A DNA stretch of 42,191 nucleotides, taken from the UHGV virus genome UHGV-0210215, one strand, 5' to 3'. This document shows, in pieces, positions 38,109 through 42,191 of this stretch. The notes below the pieces were generated by a model. It was not told where the DNA came from, did no database searches, and saw nothing but the letters and a program-made list of their open reading frames with translations. Position 1 is the stretch's first letter, and each line of letters opens with the position of its first letter. A program made the position numbers and the translations under genes. This DNA is from a virus.

Positions 38109-38291
38109 TCATTTCACTACCTCCAAAACCCATGCTTCATTATAGTGTTCCACTTGTTCAATTTTAATAATGTTAACCCTACCATACGCTGAAAAAATTT
38201 GCTTACGGACACCGATCTCGCTAGAATCTTTTACGTAGATAAAATCATCGTATCCAGCAACATTGATAAATTTAACTTCATATGTGCTCAT
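38109..38291 (-). CDS. hypothetical small protein (60 aa)
   Basis: Shares a 21-nt start region (GGAGGTAGTGAAATGAGCACA) with a second mini-gene at 38123. Confidence 0.35.
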   Translation of the reverse strand: MSTYEVKFINVAGYDDFIYVKDSSEIGVRKQIFSAYGRVNIIKIEQVEHYNEAWVLEVVK

Positions 38292-38437
38292 TTCACTACC
38301 TCCACGTTAATGATCTTAAACACGCCTTGCCCTACCATACCTTGCGCCCGTGCTTCCATTTCAGTATCAGCAAAGACGTACATACAAGTCACGCGGCCTT
38401 TCCAGTCTACGTAGTTCACTTTGTACTGGTTCATACT

Positions 38438-38623
38438 TCATCCTCCCGCTTCCATCGCATCCCTGACTAACGGATCGTTAATAATAATCTTGTACTTCAT
38501 CTGCTCATACTGCAGTTGCTGTTCTAGCTTCACGATCTGCTTCTGTTGGTCCACAATTGTATAGATTAAACAACTCAGTGCCAGGACAGTTAGGATCGTT
38601 ACAATGATTGTTTGACTACGATT
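38438..38623 (-). CDS. small TM protein (about 61 aa; MNRSQTIIVTILTVLALSCLIYTIV...)
   Basis: Its start overlaps the yopX stop. Confidence 0.35.
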   Translation of the reverse strand, partial: NRSQTIIVTILTVLALSCLIYTIVDQQKQIVKLEQQLQYEQMKYKIIINDPLVRDAMEAGG

Positions 38624-39065
38624 CATCTGCTTGCTCCAATAGTTCTGGGTTCTCGTAGATATTTCCGATAACCACATATCCATTTTCTCCTCTAGTCCAA
38701 TGTTCAAGGCCAATAAATGAACGTGAGCAAATTTGTTTGCCAACAAATCCAGTGTCATGCCAAACAATTTTATGATGGCTGACATACCAATTTGATCTAT
38801 CTTTGTTCTGAGAGCCGATAACATCTCCCTCGAAAATCTCCACGCCGTTTTTGTCTTTTAATCCAGTGAATTGCCCCACAGTTTCTGGCTTAATTTCAAA
38901 ACAAACCAAATTTTCTAATCTATACTTAGCTGGCGCTCCGCCATATCCTCCAAAAACATCAGTTCCTGTTGGGCTGATGAAATGTCGACCATCATTAAAG
39001 TAAAATAGATGTCCGTACACCCATTCCCCTGTTTCAATATTTCTACCTCTAAATTTTGGTAGCAT
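38616..39065 (-). CDS. YopX-family protein
   Basis: C-terminal GNIYENPELL and an HxW-rich core typical of YopX. AGGAGG 6 nt upstream of the chosen ATG. Confidence 0.6.
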   Translation of the reverse strand: MLPKFRGRNIETGEWVYGHLFYFNDGRHFISPTGTDVFGGYGGAPAKYRLENLVCFEIKPETVGQFTGLKDKNGVEIFEGDVIGSQNKDRSNWYVSHHKIVWHDTGFVGKQICSRSFIGLEHWTRGENGYVVIGNIYENPELLEQADES

Positions 39066-39066
39066 C

Positions 39067-39261
39067 TTATCCCTCCTGTTCAATCAAACGAATAGCTGGC
39101 CCACAAGCAACCTCATTGTTAAATCTGTAAATATTTTTCCTCACAGAATCCAGATCCTCTTCTTTGACTTCTTGATTCATTTTGTATGAAAAATTTGCCC
39201 AATCATTGAAAGCATCAAGCCAACCTTGTTCCTCGTGGTCAGTGGTAATGATGTGTTTCAT
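39067..39261 (-). CDS. hypothetical protein (64 aa)
   Basis: ORF in the early operon. Confidence 0.35.
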   Translation of the reverse strand: MKHIITTDHEEQGWLDAFNDWANFSYKMNQEVKEEDLDSVRKNIYRFNNEVACGPAIRLIEQEG

Positions 39262-39300
39262 TCTTATCCCTCCTGTTTGCTATCGCTGACGATTGCGGAA

Positions 39301-39693
39301 TTAATCGATAAACCTTATCAAGTCATGCTCATATAGCGCTATTGTTCCATCGTTCATTTCTACTACTGCGTATAGGTTGGATCTTTCTCCATACTCGTTA
39401 GCAGCATATTCGGATATCCACTGATGAAATTTGCCTTTTATTTCTGTGTCTGTGTATTCGCAACTAACGCAATACCGTACATTCGTTATTTCACTAAAAG
39501 CATGCTCTTCTTTCTTCTCTCGAATTACTACTGGTCTGAGTTGCGGTTGTTTCAACATTTCAACGGCTTTATTAAATTCACTAGCGGTATAGCTTTTCCC
39601 ATCAACTATTATTGACGGTTCAATATCTATACTTTTCAAAGTCGCACCACTGATTGTACCTGCAGTTATTTTGTATTCTTCGCTCACATTCAT
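39301..39693 (-). CDS. hypothetical protein (130 aa)
   Basis: ORF with a ribosome-binding site. Confidence 0.4.
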   Translation of the reverse strand: MNVSEEYKITAGTISGATLKSIDIEPSIIVDGKSYTASEFNKAVEMLKQPQLRPVVIREKKEEHAFSEITNVRYCVSCEYTDTEIKGKFHQWISEYAANEYGERSNLYAVVEMNDGTIALYEHDLIRFID

Positions 39694-39862
39694 TCCTCGC
39701 TTTCTGCTATCTCGTCGGATTGTGTATTATACAAACTATATAAAAATTAATGTTTTAGTATAAACGTATGATTTGATAGCATCATAGTGATATTTTTTTC
39801 TTATAGTGGTTGTTCTCTCATCCATGGTGTATACTTAAGTCAGTCCTTATTTTAAGGAGAGT

Positions 39863-40049
39863 GATGTCCTATGACAAAACTTTTGAACAATACTGTATCT
39901 TATTCGGAAGTAGTGCATTTTTAGGCTTACCGGCCAAAAACGGGTTGATGATTGAGTTCGTCCCCGTATGCTTAAAGTCTCCAAGATTTAAGAGTGTACG
40001 TTCTGATCAAGCTCGCAGTGCTGGAAGTATAACCAGTAAAAGAGTTTGA
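39863..40049 (+). CDS. small opposite-strand ORF (61 aa; MSYDKTFEQYCILFGSSAFLGLPAKNGLMIEF...)
   Basis: AAGGAGA ribosome-binding site. Followed by its own terminator. The only plus-strand gene in this part of the early region. Confidence 0.35.
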
Positions 40050-40087
40050 GTTGCCCACGACTGAAGATTATAAAAAATTTACAAGGG

Positions 40088-40118
40088 CTATTCCTGTGGT
40101 GCGGGAATAGCTTTTTTA
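40088..40118 (+). terminator. rho-independent terminator (CTATTCC-tgtggtgcg-GGAATAG then T6)
   Basis: Read in the sequence. Confidence 0.55.
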
Positions 40119-40147
40119 TATATAGAAAATACTTTTAATCAATTTGG

Positions 40148-40375
40148 TTATTTTGGTGGATTACTGACTTCATTTTTAAGACCCTGCTTCATAAAAGCTA
40201 ACCTTGTTTCTAAGCGCTTAATGATGTAGTTATTGATACTAGTAAAGTTTTCATAGATGAATTCTTCTTCTTCGGAATTTTCTTCTACTTCACACTCACC
40301 TAAATAGTCTTCAGGATAAATATCCGATTTGCTCTTTTTCAACATTTCTTCGATAAGTTCGACATCAATTTTCAA
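40148..40375 (-). CDS. hypothetical acidic protein (75 aa)
   Basis: ORF. Confidence 0.35.
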   Translation of the reverse strand: MKIDVELIEEMLKKSKSDIYPEDYLGECEVEENSEEEEFIYENFTSINNYIIKRLETRLAFMKQGLKNEVSNPPK

Positions 40376-40407
40376 AATGTTTCCTCCTAGTTTGCTATTT
40401 CTTCCGA

Positions 40408-40722
40408 TTACTGACTCAATATCTCGACCGTTGCACCGGCGAAATTACCTTTCTTCAAAGGTATCTGCAATCTGCATGCTCGATCCAAAGTCCATTTGTT
40501 CAGCCCTGACATCTCTGCGGCTTCACGCTGTGTGCTGAATTCTTTGACTTCACCATCTGGAAAAGTAAATCTGACTGGCGTTGAGTTGTATCTATTCTGC
40601 TTTGGTCGATCGTAACTCTTTCCCCACAAAGCCTTTCTCAAAACTCTGATTTCGTCTTCATCAGCACCTGGAGTATTAACTAGCTTTTCCAACCGATACA
40701 AATCTTCTTTGTTAGCCATCAT
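40408..40722 (-). CDS. hypothetical protein (104 aa), possibly DNA-binding
   Basis: ORF with a basic C-terminal half. Confidence 0.35.
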   Translation of the reverse strand: MMANKEDLYRLEKLVNTPGADEDEIRVLRKALWGKSYDRPKQNRYNSTPVRFTFPDGEVKEFSTQREAAEMSGLNKWTLDRACRLQIPLKKGNFAGATVEILSQ

Positions 40723-40953
40723 TCCACCCTCTTCATATTTCGCAATTTAACTACTGTCCGATCGCTGCCAAACGTCACAATAGCTGAGTTCTCAAGCACT
40801 TTGACACACACTGCTTTGAAAGGTGTTTTAAAACGTTCGGTCACGCACCAATACTCGATGCCTGCTTTTACTCTACGTTGCTTTCTGACTACACGTTGCG
40901 GTGGGCTATACTTACCGTCTTGCACGCCTGTTACTGTGTCTGCTAGTTTCATT
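40719..40953 (-). CDS. hypothetical protein (about 77 aa)
   Basis: Start moved to an internal Met to avoid a long overlap. Confidence 0.3.
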
Positions 40954-41497
40954 TGACTTCCTCCACTGGTACTGCGAATGCCCAATATCTTTCATCGATT
41001 GATTTGATTTCTGATTCGGTAAATGTTGATCCGCTTGTAGTATTTTGAAATATCACTAAATCACCGTTATCTGCTTTAGTTAAATATGCTCCCCATGATG
41101 TTCCAGGAAATTGAATCTGATACAGCGGTTCTTTCTCCACTTCATATCCAAACATCCACGCTTTAGCAGTCAGTTCATCGTTTTCGTTGTCTACAACCCA
41201 ATTTTGAAAATCTTCCGAGCTAACAACTTCACCATTTGAGATTTCATAATATCCATCCAGGCAATCAGCAAGTGTAGCTTTTTCTTTGCATTTTTCAATC
41301 CAATCAGCCGCAAATTTCGGCACAGTTACTTTTGGTTGTTCATCAAGTCGCTCAACCCAATTGATAACTTGCGTATAAACTAATGCTTCAGCATCTTCTA
41401 TCCGCCTATCCCAATCAAGTACTGAATACTTTCTAGCTTCTTCTAAGCATTCGTCTTTATTACTCTCTAACTTCTCAATCAATTCTTGTTTGTTCAT
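40949..41497 (-). CDS. DUF1642-like phage protein (182 aa)
   Basis: The MNKQELIEKL N-terminus and ...YWAFAVPVEEV C-terminus are recurrent in this Firmicute-phage family. Confidence 0.45.
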   Translation of the reverse strand: MNKQELIEKLESNKDECLEEARKYSVLDWDRRIEDAEALVYTQVINWVERLDEQPKVTVPKFAADWIEKCKEKATLADCLDGYYEISNGEVVSSEDFQNWVVDNENDELTAKAWMFGYEVEKEPLYQIQFPGTSWGAYLTKADNGDLVIFQNTTSGSTFTESEIKSIDERYWAFAVPVEEVK

Positions 41498-41646
41498 CTT
41501 TACTCCTCCGTTCCATTTCTTCGGCTAGCCATTCTTGTTGCTTGAGCAATCTCTCGACATGGCTGTCGATCACTTTCTTTCTCCATACTAGGTCCTTATC
41601 CGACATGTTTCTGATTTGGATTTGAGTTGGGTCATCTGCTCACCTC

Positions 41647-42117
41647 TTAAAATGGTAAATCGTCATCGCTGATATCAATTGACGAGTTGCCAAATGGGTC
41701 TGACGTTGCGTTGTTACTGTTTTGTTGGTTGCGAGTGTAATTATTCGTTTGACTATTTGAAACGCCACTGCCTTGCGTATTTTGGCTAGAATCAGCTTTC
41801 TTGCTTTCCAGTAACTGGAAGTTGTCAGCTACAACTTCAGTGACGTAGACTCGTTGTCCTTGTTGATTGTCATAAGAGCGTGTCTGAATTCGTCCTGTTA
41901 CTCCAAGTAACGTACCCTTTTGAGCATAGTTAGCCAGTGTTTCTGCAGGCTTTCTCCAAATCACACAGTTGATGAAGTCTGCTTCACGAGTTCCATCAGC
42001 ACTTGTGAAGTTTCGATTCACAGCTAAAGTAAACGTGACAACAGCTGTTCCGTTGCTTGTATATTTCAAATCTGGGTCTTTCGTGAGTCTTCCGACAAGC
42101 ACTACATTGTTTATCAT
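41647..42117 (-). CDS. ssb: single-stranded DNA-binding protein
   Basis: OB-fold N-terminus [17 protein letters not shown], a Gln/Asn/Ser-rich tail and the C-terminal DDDLPF. Confidence 0.85.
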   Translation of the reverse strand: MINNVVLVGRLTKDPDLKYTSNGTAVVTFTLAVNRNFTSADGTREADFINCVIWRKPAETLANYAQKGTLLGVTGRIQTRSYDNQQGQRVYVTEVVADNFQLLESKKADSSQNTQGSGVSNSQTNNYTRNQQNSNNATSDPFGNSSIDISDDDLPF

Positions 42118-42191
42118 TTCTCTTCCTCCAACCATTTTTCTAAGTCTTTTATGAGTTCTTTTACTTTTGGTTTGCTAAGTGGTGCAGCGAT
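42114..42191 (-). CDS. 3' part (25 aa plus stop) of the ORF that crosses the window boundary
   Basis: See the feature at 1..105. The stop TGA overlaps the ssb ATG. Confidence 0.4.
   Translation of the reverse strand: MAAPLSKPKVKELIKDLEKWLEEEK

Noticed and set aside
39810-39862. Longer 79-aa version of the plus-strand ORF
   Set aside because: No ribosome-binding site or ATG at 39810. The internal ATG at 39863 with AAGGAGA is the credible start.
1-42191. Integrated prophage with host flanks
   Set aside because: No host-like genes at either end. Both ends bisect a phage gene in a way consistent with circular continuity.

Overview
The window reads as a complete, circularly permuted genome (~42.2 kb) of a temperate siphovirus from a low-GC Gram-positive host (Enterococcus/Lactobacillales-like codon usage, GGAGG ribosome-binding sites), linearised inside a small early gene. 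The ORF leaving position 1 on the minus strand continues in frame at position 42191 and stops in an ATGA overlap with the ssb start. Layout: a lysogeny switch (Cro-like leftward; CI-like, ImmA/IrrE protease and tyrosine integrase rightward) with a candidate attP just downstream of int. The early and replication module runs leftward on the minus strand (Rha anti-repressor, ERF recombinase, DUF1351, replisome organiser with internal ori-like iterons, RusA, SSB, YopX, DUF1642, ArpU-like). The late module is also on the minus strand (HNH endonuclease, TerS, TerL, portal, MuF-like, scaffold, capsid, connectors, major tail protein, G/GT chaperone with a -1 frameshift, a 1629-aa tape measure carrying SLT and M23 domains, Tal-like protein, fibre, holin, amidase endolysin). 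The accessory region lies between int/attP and the lysis cassette, at the classic lysin-attR moron site, convergent with the late operon. It holds a lipoprotein, an SOS (LexA/Cheo-box) controlled Y-family polymerase with a small downstream partner, and an AT-rich, terminator-flanked cassette of a 160-aa unknown protein, a Hanks-type Ser/Thr kinase and a 55-aa Lys-rich peptide. That kinase cassette is the best candidate for an undescribed phage-borne defence or abortive-infection system. Two further opposite-strand insertions in the early region are an AT-rich gene for a single-TM protein with its own extended -10 promoter (6004-6516) and a 61-aa ORF with its own terminator (39863-40118). All functional calls come from motif recognition by eye; no database search was run.
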